Below, one piece after another: positions 27,101-42,207 of a stretch of DNA of 64,000 nucleotides. Positions within the stretch are counted from its first letter, which is position 1. The number at the start of each line of letters is the position of its first letter. Below the pieces are notes generated by a model. That model did no database searches and was not told the DNA's origin. It saw only the letters and a program-made list of their open reading frames with translations. Source of the stretch: Tubulanus polymorphus (lineage: Eukaryota; Animalia; Nemertea); the NCBI RefSeq assembly GCF_964204645.1, contig NC_134026.1, positions 2,317,950-2,381,949 of the forward strand, given 5' to 3'. The translations under genes and the position numbers were made by a program.

Positions 27101-29923
27101 ATAATAACACACGTAGAAAAAGAGAATTGATACCTACGTCAAACTGACTTTGCATTTTCTTCGTTCAAGCGATTCTTTCGGCGTTTGGAAAATGAATGAA
27201 TTTGCAACGTTTACTTTCCAGGTTTTTTATTCGCATCAATTACCGATTATTCATATATTACAAAGCGGTGTATCGCATCGAATGTAAATTGAGTGAACGA
27301 TTTTCTAGCCATTAATCAACGCCTCTTTTTTATACAATTAACACTGAGATTGCCGCAAGAAATGAATATCAGTAACAGATGTTGTTGATATTACATCGAA
27401 AACCGCGCGAAGTTTTTCATCTTCTCGAATGATATTGGCAAAAATACACAATTTGTTGACGACGTGTATTTCTGATATTGGTGATTTCATAAACTAAAAA
27501 TAAATCCTAAATCATTTCTTAAACATTCATTCAGAGCTGTTGTATATTGATACTTTACCATTCCAGTGATATTTACATTTATTCAATTCCCTTCAGATTT
27601 GACAGCGTTTACTGCGACGAGAGTATGTCAACCAATGAAGCGAAGTACGTCTTTTGGTATATTTTCATCTCTTTCTATAACATACTTATCTTTGAAAGCA
27701 CTTGAAATTGAATCGAGAGATGATGATTGGGTGAATATTATGACGTCCTCTTCACCATAGTGATAGTACGGGTAATTATGATGCCAATAACGTAAGGAAG
27801 ATGCCCTATTTATTCGACAGGGCTGATATGCCATCAGGCAAGCCCTACTCATCTTAAAGTTCAACGATCTGAATTCACCTAAAGGCTTCCGTGTATAATC
27901 TTGTGTCTATTCAACTCAGCTAGCCATTAGTTCAACCCCGTGTAATTCCACGAGAAATTGATGAGGGGAATTACATCAAAATCGTCGACAATCGCAGAAA
28001 TTCGAGTTCAATTCGGCATCAATAAACGTAGATGTCACATGTCTCGACAGTCTAATGAGATATACAGTCACTACCTTGATGGCATCCGCACTGTTTAAGG
28101 GACAGCTAACGGTGTCGACAGTAAATTGAGATGCCTTCGTTGGAAACCACTTTATATAACGATTTACATACAAGCCAGATCAGTAGCCTTGAGAAAGAGC
28201 AGAATATTTTCATTCTATCTCCGAAGATTGCCGCTGTAGCCACGGGCAAAATTGTTGAATAAACCATTTTTAGTTATTAGCTATTAAATGGGCGGGGTAC
28301 ATTCGCATCAATTTTCTGAAGCGTCGATTAGATATTTAGCTTTTTGCTATAATTTTGATTTCTAAATTAGACAAACTGCGGTGTGTCTGCGACTAATTCA
28401 AATAATACATCTATCCCTTGAGGCTCTGCAGTCGCTTGTCATACATATCACACGAACCATGATTATTTGCGCAGTATCTATGTTGGCGGACGTGGTATTA
28501 ATGATATGATTTATTAATCTCAAAGAAGGAAAGATATGATTAAATTCACATTAAATTCGCATCAAACTGTCGCCGAATGACTGGTGTATGCATGTTCTAT
28601 TTTGAAATATGTTCGACGGTATCGAACAGAACAGATATCAGAAATGAATGATTTAAACCGCGAACGGAATCGCGGAAAATTCTGATCTCATTCCCTACAT
28701 AATACTTTGATATTTCGTTCGCTGATACCATTTGTAAAATCCAAACCGTTTACGTCATTTTTAGTCGCTTGTGATACATTAATAGTCTTGTACGTACATG
28801 CAAGTAAGACGTGTAGAGTATCCGGCAAGAGCATAAGCTCTGGCAATACGCCTGTCATATAGCGTTTTTCCCGCTTTCAACATTCCCGTCACATCGTCGT
28901 GCCGGCTCTGAATCTTAATCAGCTTACGGCGAGATTATTTTAATAGGTTTTACTCTGTTTATTGACGAGAATCGCCGCTGGGAGAACGACGAGAAATAAA
29001 CCTTCAGTTGTGGAAATGAACTCCAAGAATATCACGCGGATAAAGTGCAAACATCCGACGCCAGTCGCGTTTAATAATTTCGACATAAAAGAATCGTCGT
29101 TGCGCGAAATAATCTGGCTTTTAGAACCGACGACGAAGTCTCGTTCTGAGATACCCGGTCTGAATCTAATTTCCTTGGTTGCGAAACGAAGCGACAGCAA
29201 TGTGAATTGATATTGTCTGTGTGCATTATCAGCATCAAAAACACAGACACACAGCGCATTTAAACTATTCGCAATACTTTCGTTGACTTTATGAACCGAA
29301 ATCGAGATTTTTTTCGAAAACAGAAGGCAAAGGAAAAGGCCTTCGTTCAAAAAAGTCACCACGCTTTAGACTTTTCGTTTTTTTAACCTCTCAATAACGT
29401 TACGGCTGGTTTTATCGGATCAATTTCCTCGTTGGTGGTTGTGACGTTCATTTATCGTTCCACAATCAAATAAGCACAAAATAGCGATTCGTTCTTTTTG
29501 CCCTATCGTCGGTATTTGTCGAAGCATATGAGTCTCGTAATTATACTTGCATTTGTCTCAGGTGTTTAACCGATGGAACAATTTATCGTAAATCAGGTTC
29601 GCATGCGATTCTCACTCGGTTCTGTTCCCGGACCACTTGGGAAAACTGAGTACGAATCGGTGTATTCATCATCGCTGATTGCAATACTGCAAATATTGCT
29701 CCATGAGTAGCCATGGAGATGTTAACCGAACAAACTATGCACAAAAATCAGCGGGATTTTTTGTTAATGAAAAATGTCGCGGGTTCATATGTAAAAATCC
29801 TACTCGTCACAATACGGTAGTTACTGCATGAATGACTGTGGCCGAAATCTGGACAGGTTCATTATCACGTGTACACATACAAATTTGAGGATTTTTTGAC
29901 AAACCATTGCAATAATGTTTTTA

Positions 29924-30190
29924 TTAAAGGGGTTCTGTGTGAGTCGATGTGCACTACGTCATCAATATAGGCGTTTCAAAATAACAATAACAATGGTGAA
30001 TTTTGGCGTCCATTTTTTAATTATATAAATTTCATGACTCTTTGATTCTTAATCAAAAAATTGTGCTGTATTTTTTATAATGAATTATGAGTGGACGTGC
30101 CCTACGTCATCAATATCGGGCTAGCCTGGTTAGACTGGTTGCCGGTTAATTCAATTCAATAAACGACATATTCAAATTCCAAATAACTTT
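29924..30190 (+). mobile_element. Same repeat family, TTAAAGGGG end (Kolobok/T2-MITE-like)
   Basis: ttaaaggggttctgtgtgagtcgatgtgcactacgtcatcaatat..., with a second gtgccctacgtcatcaatat block. Superfamily inferred from the TTAA-AGG terminus only. Confidence 0.65.
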
Positions 30191-33018
30191 ATTGATATTG
30201 ATGCGTTATTTTTCTTCAATGTATCAATACATTTTCAAGTTAATTGTTAGTTCTTATTTAGTCGCTGTTTCCCTGGTTAAACCGTACTGCATTACAGTTA
30301 CGGTAGCATTATTGGATATTTGTTCTGTGAAAAACACTCTCAAGGTAAACATATTTTTGCCATAAAGGGATGTCCTCAGCAACACGAATATGATTTAATG
30401 ACCATAATGCACATCTAATTGGTCGGACATTAGTAGTTTATGTTTGAGCTGTTTTTTGATGATCGGGAGTTTATGTTGATATATTTTAATTGCGATGTTG
30501 GTCATTCAATACCGACCGATACGTGATTAGATAAAATGTCCAAAAAGCTGCCACATACGGCATCGAATAGATTAAACGACGAAAACTAATCCCGATATCC
30601 AGCGATGCTATGAGTGATAGAGTGAAATATCAGAGTGTGTGGCTCACTGTAAGTTGTCCCGTTACGCGCTCTACCAGTACTGTGCAAAATTCTGGAAAAC
30701 TGTAACCATGGCAACATTGATGAACCACTTGTAACAGATTGGTCACTTAATTCCTAGATCTGGGGGAGAATTCCAGAGCTTTGATGTTTGAAATTTATGG
30801 CACTATTGACCCGATTATGCAGCGTTCGGTTTTACCCCGAGGTCGATGCTGGATTGCTCTTAACACCGGTCAGCAATTCGTCCTTGAGTCTCGTCTGAAG
30901 GGTAATTACCATCGCTTAATAGAAATTCCCAATAAAATGTGATAATTTCATTATAGTTTCAACGAGCTGCGCAGCAATAGGGATTGAAGGATGGATAATT
31001 GCGGGAAGCGAAGAGTGAAAAATCGATGTAGCTGGAGGATGCTACCGAGTAATATGGCCATATTACATTATCTATCATAACTTCCTGAGCACTCTGACAG
31101 AATTTGTTGTGGAATGGACATCGAGTGCCGACACAAGAAAGAAGAATGCTGACGCCTAGGATTCCCAAATTACGAATTGTTTACAACCAACATGACGTCA
31201 CTGACAGTGAATACCATATCTATAACTCGTCTTCAGCGGGTAATTTGCACAACCTTCCGGGAGTTGCCACATCGCAATCGACGACGTAATTCGGCTACAC
31301 ATAATTGACGTAGATATTTCCACAATACTGCCTCGGTTCAGGGAGAGAAAAATGAAAAACCTACTTTTAAAAGAGCAAACTACAATCTACCGATACAATG
31401 AACTGCAAGCGCATTTTATAAAAATAACGTATACATGTACTTATATATAAAGAATGATTTTCCGCCCACTTTTTGAAATTTGCGACGAACAACATTTATG
31501 AACATGAAATATGTATGTATGTGTTAAGAAAGACGTTTCGGAGATTTTTCGAAATTGGTGACAAACAATGTTGACAATCTATGAATAATTCATAGTCGAC
31601 GGGGAAAGAATCATTATCAGAATTTGCCAGAATGATGAGTTAGAAGTTTGTAATATTTATCGCTGAAAAGCGTTGGCGGTTGCCTCGCGCCAGTCTGTCG
31701 TTCAAATTACATTAAAAGAGCAATTCCAAGAACTGCATTGACGTCGCCTTTAAACAAAAAACCCAATGATTATCAAATGGCTCTGTTCCAATTGTCGGTT
31801 CAATTTTCGCGAAGATCAAACGCGATAAGTTTATATCGTGTGATAATTTACCATTTCTCAATTAAAATCCATCTTGTCGCAGAATAGGGAAACGTGTAGG
31901 CGCCGTGACATAACATAGAACCGACGACTCTCGCGCGCAATCTCCATAGATTATGTCACTAAGATTGAATCAGATAAAACGTTTATTCGTTCTACACCTA
32001 ACAGTTATTTTCTTTAAACAAATATATCTATAACTACCGTTTTACCTGCGATGTTTACCGTGGAGTCCGGACCTGTAAAATGATATTGTCCTCCAGTTTG
32101 ATAATTTTCGTTCAGTTTTTCAGACGAATCGGCGCACTGGCGTACTTGACCCAAATAAAATATATGCGGCGAAAATTTGCGCGTGAATTAAGTTTTATTA
32201 CTATAAATAATTTATCGCATCAAATCTACACAGTCTTCGTGCTGTGGCTGAAAAACAAACGCAGATTGTGGCGGCAGAATCCAGAGGCTCGAGGGATGAT
32301 AGGTAGTTTTAATAAATAAAGAAACTGCATGGCTATCACCTTGGCGATAGTAGTAAATCGATATAGATTGATCGGTGGTGGCGTATAAACGTGATTCGTG
32401 GAGGAAAATCGTATTCGCCGTATTTTTACGTATCGACTGACGTCATTCAGTAATTTCATACTGAATGATTGTATCCACCAATCGTCCGAAATAAGATTCA
32501 TTTGGCTGCAGCCATTTTGGACGCTGAACAAACAGAAAGTGAAGAGTTGCGAGAGCTGATTCAATCTATAGTTTTCAATGTGTTCTGTCAGAATCAATCA
32601 ATCAATGGTTGTGAGTGGTGCTGTGTGTCGTGTGCAAAATGTTTCAGAATATTCCGAAATATATGAAAAAAAACTACTGATAACCCGCGTAGCATACTTC
32701 TGCGAAATGGGGAGCTACCAGTTATCCCGCCAGATGGCGTGACGAGCAGTCCTAATTTTTTAATCAACTTTGAACTGAATTTAATTCTCCCGAATCCATA
32801 AAATATTACACACAGGACCCATTACATTAAATTCATGTTTTTACTCAGGGATTGTCGTAGTCTTTTTTGATAGTGAATTATTCAAGAGAAACGTCCTTTC
32901 AACGTTTTACTAAAATGTAGAATAAATCAAATGCAGAGTAACTACTAGCGAACCTGACGGATCCTTGCTTGCCATAAGTGGAATCCTCGATTGCCACAGC
33001 AGCGTTGGCAGCTCTACT

Positions 33019-33095
33019 GGGCCCCAGCTCTAGAATTCTGGGTTAGGACGAGTTTATACGTCCATGCTCTTAGTCACACCTATAGAACTGGGTCC
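33019..33095. mobile_element. Short palindromic MITE-like element
   Basis: Imperfect TIRs GGGCCCCAGCTCTA / TAGAACTGGGTCC. Confidence 0.4.
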
Positions 33096-36000
33096 GGATC
33101 AGTAATGAACGAACACAGTGATAAACAATAATTGGCGCCGTGTTTAATTGTCGCGGGAAGAAGCGCCGATATTCATTTAAACGTAGTTGTTATTAGCATT
33201 TGACCCGTGGTATTAGCGTTAGTTTATATTCCACGCGCGCGGGTAGGGCACAGCACATGACAAACTGATTTGATTTGTGCATCGCAAGACCTCGGGTTAT
33301 TATCATTTGTGAGCCTGTCAGTAGACGGCACCGATCGTCTTGTCTGTCGTTCTGTCGATACGACTGATATGCCCCGGGGTAACGCTGACATTTTGCTTGT
33401 TAAGAGAAGAAGACGCGTGAGATTTACCCAGTAGTTGGTAAGGCTATTTACGGGAAGATTCTGCAAATTCATATTTCCCGGCTTTGCAAAAGAGAGGCAA
33501 TCGTTTGACGTGTTTCAATTGTTTTACTGGCATCCCGAAAAAGAGACAGATGTATACGGCTCCTTCGTTGATATATGCCAAGCGACGTCTCTCTGTAGAC
33601 GTGGAAGCATTTGTCAATGAAGAAGAGAATGATAAAGCCCAAGTCGTAGGGAACATGTTTCTGAACGTTTCCCTACGTCGTGTGCGTTTATGAGAGAGGA
33701 GAAACATGGTTTCGACAACGAAGTTTCGAGATCAAATATGTTTGTTTCCGCGGTTCTGTGTTTCCCTGTTTCCATGCGTCGAATGCGTTGGGCTTAAATA
33801 ACCAAGTGATAAGTGTTTTTGAGTATCAAACGCAACGAACTTATGAAAAAGGACATTCGATTTTACAAACGGTGGAATTTTGCAAATTGCACAACTTAAT
33901 TCAAAACAATCCTATACACAGTTTTCAATCTGTATTTGGCTTGCGAGGCGTTGTCTTCCACTAAATTAACTTCGTTCGAAAAACACATCCAACGTCTATA
34001 AAATCTGTGCCATCCAGACGAAGAACACGTTTACATCGAGGTTTGGCTTCTTGCCACCAGGAAAACGGACTCAAAATGACATTCCAGAAGTATAAACAGA
34101 AATAATGACCGGATTAGTGACGGTTTGTGAAGACACATTCAATCATCCATGCATAAACATTGAGAGGCAAAGCAAGATAAAAATGGCTTTGCTATAAGCT
34201 AGCATTATACGTTACACGGAAACGTTCGGTTTATTTTTTTTCTATTTCTTTGGGTGCGTAGTGAATATATCTGTAGTTATACGGTTCTGTAGTTATACGA
34301 TTTCTATGATATTATGATCTGTATTTCGTTAAAGATTTAGTAGGAGTTTCTTCGTCTTTTTTCAAACCAAAGAGAGATTGCCTGGAAACCCTAACAAAAC
34401 GGAAGTCGGAGGAAATTGTTGATTGCCGCTTTACGTCTGGTTCTAAATGTCAGAGGTATACATAATAGCCAATTCGAGAATTTGGACGAACTTTATAAAA
34501 CTTCTAAATATGTTATGAATTCAGTGCGTATTTTCAGGCTATTGACACAATGATATCGAACGAACAGTTTTTGAATCGATCGGTCGATTGGCCAGTCTAT
34601 GGTTGTTACTATAGGAACAGCGTTGCTTGTTGTCGCATACGTCATACGTTTCATTAGCAATGCCGTGTTAATCACCTTTCAGCATTTGTGTCGCTCCCTC
34701 ATTTTTTCAAGATCACCAGGTTTCATCGATCATCCTTGTGTGACGTTTTAATTACGGTGATTATCAAGGCGACTGTTTTAAGCAACTCGCGAATCTATTT
34801 ATAGCGAAAGTCGATACATTTTATGTTTTGCGTCATAACGACTCCGGCGGATATATGGGACACAAGTCGGGTCAACGTTATGGCATCGAGTCCATAAATC
34901 ACTACGTAACAAACGACACATGCGATTAACTAGCAAATAATACCCTTGATACATTTATAGACAGCCTCTCGTTGAGCCACATTAGCTGCGATCGATTTCT
35001 AATAATTGGTTTGTGATAAGTACCCAATCACGATAAGGATATAGAAAAATACGAAATATCGATAGTCTATTCCGGCAGCGGTGACGTTTATGAGACTAGG
35101 TCGAAATATCTATTAACCGTCCTTTCCGTCCTCATTAATCAAAACCATTTCTTTCTCTGGTGACTGTGCCGGAAGATTTGCGGTTATTTTTCGTCAGACC
35201 AGAGGTCATATAAAATCACCCTTCAAGTTGACGCTTTAAACGCGCATTAGTTGACTTCCAGGTGTTTGTTTATCAGTTGTATTAAGAAAACGAGTATAGA
35301 TCCGATCAAAAGCAGAAAGAGAACTCGTCTAATACGACAGGCACTGGAACGAGAGCATAGAAACGACCGATAATTGTTATTCCAGCCGACTCATCTGCCA
35401 CCTATCGGTTTTATTCGGTCGGATTCAGATTTTGAACATGTATTTGTTAGACAGTCGTCTTTTTTTACGATGCACCTCGATCAACACTGAACACGACTTT
35501 TTTCCGGAAATGACATATTATTGCCATCAATTTTATCACATTCCACCAGTGATTTCGCTAATCTCCAAGGAAATTGCCGCCGAAGAGAAATTACTACAAC
35601 CAAACAAGCCGATAATGAACGATATCTTCACGCTTGAAAAAAATTATAGCGTGATATTTTAAAGTTTGCGCGATCAATTCGATTCATCGGCGAAGAAATT
35701 TTGCTTATAACGGCTTAGAATAGTTGAACGGTACGACTTCGGGGTGTGTTTGAGTCGACGTGAGTCAAGTATTAGAACGTTTGATGTATTTGATGATGAC
35801 ATAGTGCATGGATTACTAAGACATTCATCAATCACACGCTGCCGTATAGACGACAGATATAATCACACTTATACGTTATACACTGTAAATGAGGCGGCCG
35901 TTAAGATTCGTATCATTCCAAATTCGCCATCGACATAATTCAGCAACTGCGGATTTAATATTGTAATTGCGGAGAATGAATGACGAAAATGTAGCATGAT

Positions 36001-39000
36001 CTTATTATACGCAAGGACAGTTAGTTCAATTTGAAATATGCGTTACAGAGGTTTCGTTTTTCGGTTGTCTAGACGAAGCATTCCCTACACCAGATTCACG
36101 TTTGTAACGAGCCAGAAATAGAGATCTTCCAGAGATCTTCCAGTGCTCATTTTTATTTCAAAATCCCCGGACGTATCTATTTGTTGTTCTCTTGTATTGC
36201 ACACATCGGCGATACCAGTGGATATACATGCTCAGAATCTAGAAAGATGTTAACCACCACATAAACTGTCTAAGTAGCGCGGAGAAACTGCTGTCTAAAC
36301 GACTCGCCAATCGCTAACATACCGCGCATACATCTAAACAACATTCAACCATAAACGTAGATTCCATATCGGGCGTCGATTGAATGAAACTGATATCAAA
36401 TAATAATGAATATATAGCTGAATAATTGAACCATTTTATGCAAAAATAATGTCACATTAATTATACACTTCAAAGCATATTTGTGTGGATGCGATCTTTT
36501 TGTGGTCATACCTCTATTTCGGCGTTCATACACGTTGATTTAGAATTCGACCTTCCTGACCGACCAGAAGCCATTATTCGTCATCTAGGAGAAAATCACT
36601 GAAATGAATCAACAACGTACGCATCACAACGATGAAACACGATTAGGTGAAATCCAATTGAGCGATACTGAAACCCTTTTTATGTTTTCCTTATTAGGCG
36701 ATCGTCTGTCTGTCTACATCCAGCTAGAACATTCTGTCGTGGCCAAAAGTTGTCAATAGATAATTGCTTTATCTCTAACATTTAGACCATCGAATTTTCG
36801 ATTAACTTCTAATCAGAATGATATAAATTGTAAACTAATGTAAAATAGTATTGATGTATATATATATTCTATATGGATCTTAATGATTATCATTTGGCGT
36901 CTTTTGATATTTTCAGTGGTTGCTCCTGAAACGAAATCTACGTCCGAATCGTATACGTACGTAGATTAAAGGAAGTTGGCATTTTAAACGCACGTAGCGA
37001 TTTCTTTTCGAGATATCATCTTGGAAATTAATCAAAGCGCATCTACTTGTCATCATTACCCGTAATACGCATTAAAAAGCTTTGAAATTCGAAAACTGTT
37101 ACGTATACGGAGTAGTTGTAACTGTTGTAAATAGTCATGAAACAAAAGAAAGTGTGTATGATTTTCATATAAAATGAAAATGAAATAAGAATATTTCTTC
37201 TTTTCGGGGCATTCAAAATATGTTTTATTTATTCATACGAAACCGGCTGTAGTTGGAGAAGAATAACCGCTGATTAGCAGTGGCGAAATAAACGTGCCAC
37301 ATGCCCCAACTGATCGGAACTATCGGTTGCAATAGCGACGATCATGGTCTATTGTCCCAACGCGTTGAAAACATGCATTACCGACGGTCAGCTAGACGAG
37401 AACGGGGTACGAGATTGGAGTCATCCTTGAACCGGTGATTTATGATCATATTATTTCGTTACATCCGCCGTTGTTTAGTTGGTCAAAGTCAATCAACATG
37501 GCGAATATCGCCGGCTTTCACTTGCTTCGCTAATAAATGCCGGGCAGAATTTTACGGCCTGTTTTATTGGCGTGTCGAAAACAATAAACAATTATGCGAT
37601 GAATTCCGGAAATTTCCCTGCATGTCAGATATTCCCGGCTTCATGGTGGAATCTAGTGATCGGAGGAGTGCACGTATAATTTGCGAGGGATTTTTTAGTC
37701 AGCGTGTTACTAAACAGTTAAGCGCTCGATAACAATAAAGTACCGACTGTGACCGCGAGAAATATATTTGATATAATACACGACGTTCTTTTTCAGTTAT
37801 GAGATTGAAACTCGGGTAATGATAAAGCGATAATTTCATTTTTCCAAAGTACGGATTGACATCTAAATCATCCTATCATATCCCCCGGTCTATTTCTTTA
37901 TCCCGAGACTTATGATTTATGAAATAAAAACAGGCTTTTTCCCGAGGAGGTCGTTCGCAATTTTCAAAATGGCAATGTTTCTTCAATAATAAAGATGTAT
38001 AGTCTGGAATAAGAATGGTCTAGATATATCGAAATTTGACTCAGGATACCAGCTGAATGGTCTGACTTATCGAAATTTGACTCGTAATGCCAACTAGAGC
38101 GACATTGAGACAGATATCCGGCTACAATTAACTGACTTTCTCACCCACGGAGACCATATGTACCAATGTTTATTTCATGGCGAAAAATAACCACAGTCTC
38201 TGGGGTGTATATCACCGGAATATTTCCCCGGACGATTTAAATAAATTCCCGACACCACATGTCTTATCGTCACACTCTGTACATAGTGGATCTATACTTC
38301 CCATAATAACCGGTGCAGTCGAGAAGATAAAAGGCTCCACGGGGTGTGACAGAATATCACTTGACATTTTCAGGTTTATACTTTTACTGCTTGTGATTTT
38401 ATCTTTAAACGTACGGCCTTGAACTTGGTGAGATGAAAGGCGATTCGTATGGAATATAAAGCGCTTAATAAAGGAACAGACGGCGATAGTTCGTTGCGCG
38501 TTGGGGGATACTCGAAATCTGTTTTCAGATAGAAGAATATTTTCTCTACGAGTACTTTCATTTTCTATTTTCAACACCGAAATCTCCACGTCACTGAGGA
38601 CTAAATTATACATTCAGAAAAAAAAACGTCCATTAAGACAAGTTCTAACTATATATCTCCGATTGGAATTCCAGATAATTAGACATTCGGCAATGGGTTT
38701 TGGCCATCTTGCGTTTTAAATCCAGGGCTGTCAGGAAGATCCTTGGTTAATCTAGGTTTAGATTGGTTGACGAGGTACAATTTGGAGACGGCACTGTTCT
38801 GTGAATACTGATATCCCCACTCGAAGGGATACACGACAATTATACAATGCTATTACAACCCTTCAATCTTTTCAAACTCACAACGATTTTACTGTTTAAT
38901 TATTCCAATTTCCAATCTGATTTTGTTTATCTTCTTTGATTGTGTAATCGATTGAATACCAAATTATTGAGATACCTCCAAATTGGCATTACGTTAGTAT

Positions 39001-41230
39001 ATTGTTGTAACTATGGACTCTAAAGCGACTCATTTTCGAGTCAATGATATAAAAAATACTAAATTTCAAAAACAAATCATAATCTTTTTATTTACTATGC
39101 GCTATCTTCGGGGGTGAAAACGTTCTTGTCGATGTTGTCGCCGGCGGGAACCCGACCACAGGCAGCGCATAAGGCTCTTCCAGCTTCGACACAACTGGGG
39201 ATTCTCGGCCGTGAATCTAATCCATTTGCAGCAAGCGCGGTTTATCTAGGATAACGCGATAATTCCATCTTTATAGTAATCAATTACTTCCGTAATCAAC
39301 TGCGACACGATTTATTTCCTGAAAAACATGACAAACCGCCATTGCGCATGTGCTTGGTTTTTTTAAACACATGAGTCTCACTTCCGGGTATATTTGACCT
39401 GCTGTTAATTTTTCTTCATTTATACGTTGCGATGGCAAAAGTTGTAATTACATAATGATAAAACAGGCAGCAGCCACATCTACGGCCAGAGACATTGCGG
39501 CAAACTATTAGATAGCCTCCCGCGTATTAACCACGCGTATATAATGTGCGAACTGAATGAAAATGACTAGTCGAGGGGAATAATTTGATGATGGAAAATT
39601 TTGATTAAATCATACATATATATGTCGTATATCGTTGTCTGGACTTATTGAAATGCATCTGGACTCTTGATATTAGTCGCTGGGTATTAAAACCGATGCA
39701 TTTATGAATAATATCCTCCAAATTGGTTGAACCATCTACAGAAAGTATGTAGATTTCAGATTAAATCTATAAGGAATCAACGTCAGATTAAAGTGAAGGG
39801 CATTTCAATGACAAAACCGATAGAAAACTCCGTTTGATATCATTACAAAGTACCGTACGCTTAATAAAAGGATTGTTGAAGGGTTAATCGATTCTTGATT
39901 CAAAATCTGAGCAACTCGTTTAGTTGTCCAGTAACTCTCTGTTTAACGAAGTATTTGGTTCTGAAATTCTCTAACATTACCAGAGCAATTAATGCCAAAT
40001 TTAGATATACACATAGATTCATAAGATGAAGAACTGGAAACCTGATAGGTCGTAGGGTGTGGTGGTAAATGTATCATATTGTACAGGCTACACTCTGACC
40101 ATAAGTTACAACTAAATACGTATCGATTCAACTGATAAATTCCGAAGATGTACTTTTAAACTACTTGTATGGCTTGTGAATGCGACTGAATCATCAATCA
40201 AAATATTACCTGTCCAACATTAATGTGCAAATTATTCGTTACAGTTTTTTGAATCACGTGCCCGCAGAAGGTCATTCTTTCTTTAACATGCAGTAACACA
40301 ATGATTGTCAAACTGAATATTCAATTCAAATGTTAGTGCCTGGATGTGGTTAAAAATGAAATAATCTTTACTGGGTCAATCGTCATAATCAACTTTTTCT
40401 TTCTTTCATGAATAAAATATGGTTTGTTGTTTCATTTTAATCAAACCAAAAATTCGAATGCCTCCCCTACTTATTTCGAGGATTAATTAGAAATATATGC
40501 GACAAATTGGTGGCGCTTTCTTTCTAATTTTTATCATTAAAAAATTTGGAAGATGACTTTGAATTTCTCATTCAAACATCCCTGCATAGATTGCCCTGTA
40601 CGTACCTGTTGTTTTAGTAACGGTGCTATTTAAATCCCGAGTGTTTGAACAGTGATGAGTGACAATCCGGTTTACGTGTGTAGGTACGTATATCCCCATC
40701 TGGTGTCGAGGAGCGCTTTACCACTCTGGACGTTCTTGTCATCAATTGATTCGGTGTCTGTTTCATCAACCAGGCGAGTAAATATTCACACACACACAGC
40801 AAAATTATACGTATCAGCGCAACATGATCGCAAACTGCGACGTGACCACGACGCAAATTACATTTTAAGATAATAATCTAACAGATGAATACGTTTTAAT
40901 TGATATCGGCGTAGATAAAAAAATATCGATTATAAATTCACAGGTATTTAAGCGATTTAACGGTATAATTCTTAATTCTTACATTTTCAAGATACAGAAA
41001 TTTGTTTCAATCGCATAATGATTATGATCGAAGCTTGAACGTTTATTCTAAGGCGACGTTGTGGGATTTTTAGCGTACGGCAGGCAGTAAAGGGATGGAT
41101 ATTTCTGGGCTACAGATCAACAGGAATTTTTCAAAACCGTATTTCTTTATCGTATTACTTTCTATCATCTCGATCGGACAAGGTGTAATCTATTTCTGAC
41201 TAGATACATCAATGCAGTTCGTTAATATAA

Positions 41231-42200
41231 TTTATTGTGGCTTTGCTTGCGGGAACGAAGTTTCCCACTTCATCCGGCATCTGAAAGATTGCAAAATTGT
41301 TTATTAATTCGTGATAATGGTGTAAGTTAACCACGGACTAATGAGAAAATTAAGAAAGCAGGAAAAGTGTATAACCAAAATATGATGACAACTTGTTTCA
41401 GTAAATTATACCCAACATTGTCAGTGGTTTTTTACGTATTTCAATACTTAAAAAAGTTCTATAACTTCTTTTCTGTTCGACGACTGATTATGCATTTTTA
41501 AAAGCTTTTTTTACCATTCAAATGTCAATTAGAATTTAGACTTTATTAATTGTCCTATTCAGGCTTTCATTTGGTTCAAACGAATGGAATGCACAGAACA
41601 CATTAAAAGGGCTCTTCAAGTCGCAATTGCATAAAAATAACAGATGATGAAAACCTGTCTCAGTAAATTATACGCAACACTGAGTGGTTTTTGACGCGTC
41701 ACGATCCTTTGATAATGACAAAGTTTTATTTTCAATGACTCCTTTTCTAATTTATTAGCGTTTTCATTATTTAACCGTCAATTAGAATTTAGATAGCCCC
41801 TCATTTCAGATATATACGACCTCATTTGTACTATTCAGGTTTTCAGCTGGGAATACATTATACTTTGAAATGAGTGAAATGCGAATTAAGACGTCCCAGT
41901 ACAGAAGTCTCTACTGAGGATCGGCATTACCTAAGTTCTTTAAGTACCAGTAGCAATTGTTCGCATTTTTTTCTTTATGATTTTCGGTATATGGATCTAG
42001 TCTGACTGGTTAAAGGGTCATTGCTAGATCAGTCAGTGCCTTGAAGCATTCACATATCGATACAACTGCAGTTATTTCAACCTAAGGAAAATAAGGAATA
42101 TTAGAAAAACCTTGGCTGGTGACTTGGTAAAAGATATTAATAAATTTAAAAGAAGTGGTAAATCAATCACTTAAAGGCTCTTAGAAATCAGGCTCTACGA
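41231..42200 (+). repeat. Duplicated EAAT upstream region (homologous to 45797-46826) with internal ~260-bp degenerate tandem duplication
   Basis: tttattgtggctttgcttgcgggaacgaag... is near-identical at 41231 and ~45797. Blocks gatga.aac.tgt.tcagtaaattata, gtcaattagaatttaga and tattcagg.tttca each occur twice in this region. Confidence 0.85.
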
Positions 42201-42207
42201 TCTGGAT

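Noticed and set aside
32046-32072. 27-nt AG..GT-bounded segment on the minus strand
   Set aside because: Contains a stop in the DIRAS-compatible phase; could only be a UTR exon and has no other support.
14800-41200. Numerous 60-140 aa ORFs in the large non-coding region
   Set aside because: No recognisable motifs, many non-ATG starts, no coherent splice chains; consistent with random ORFs.
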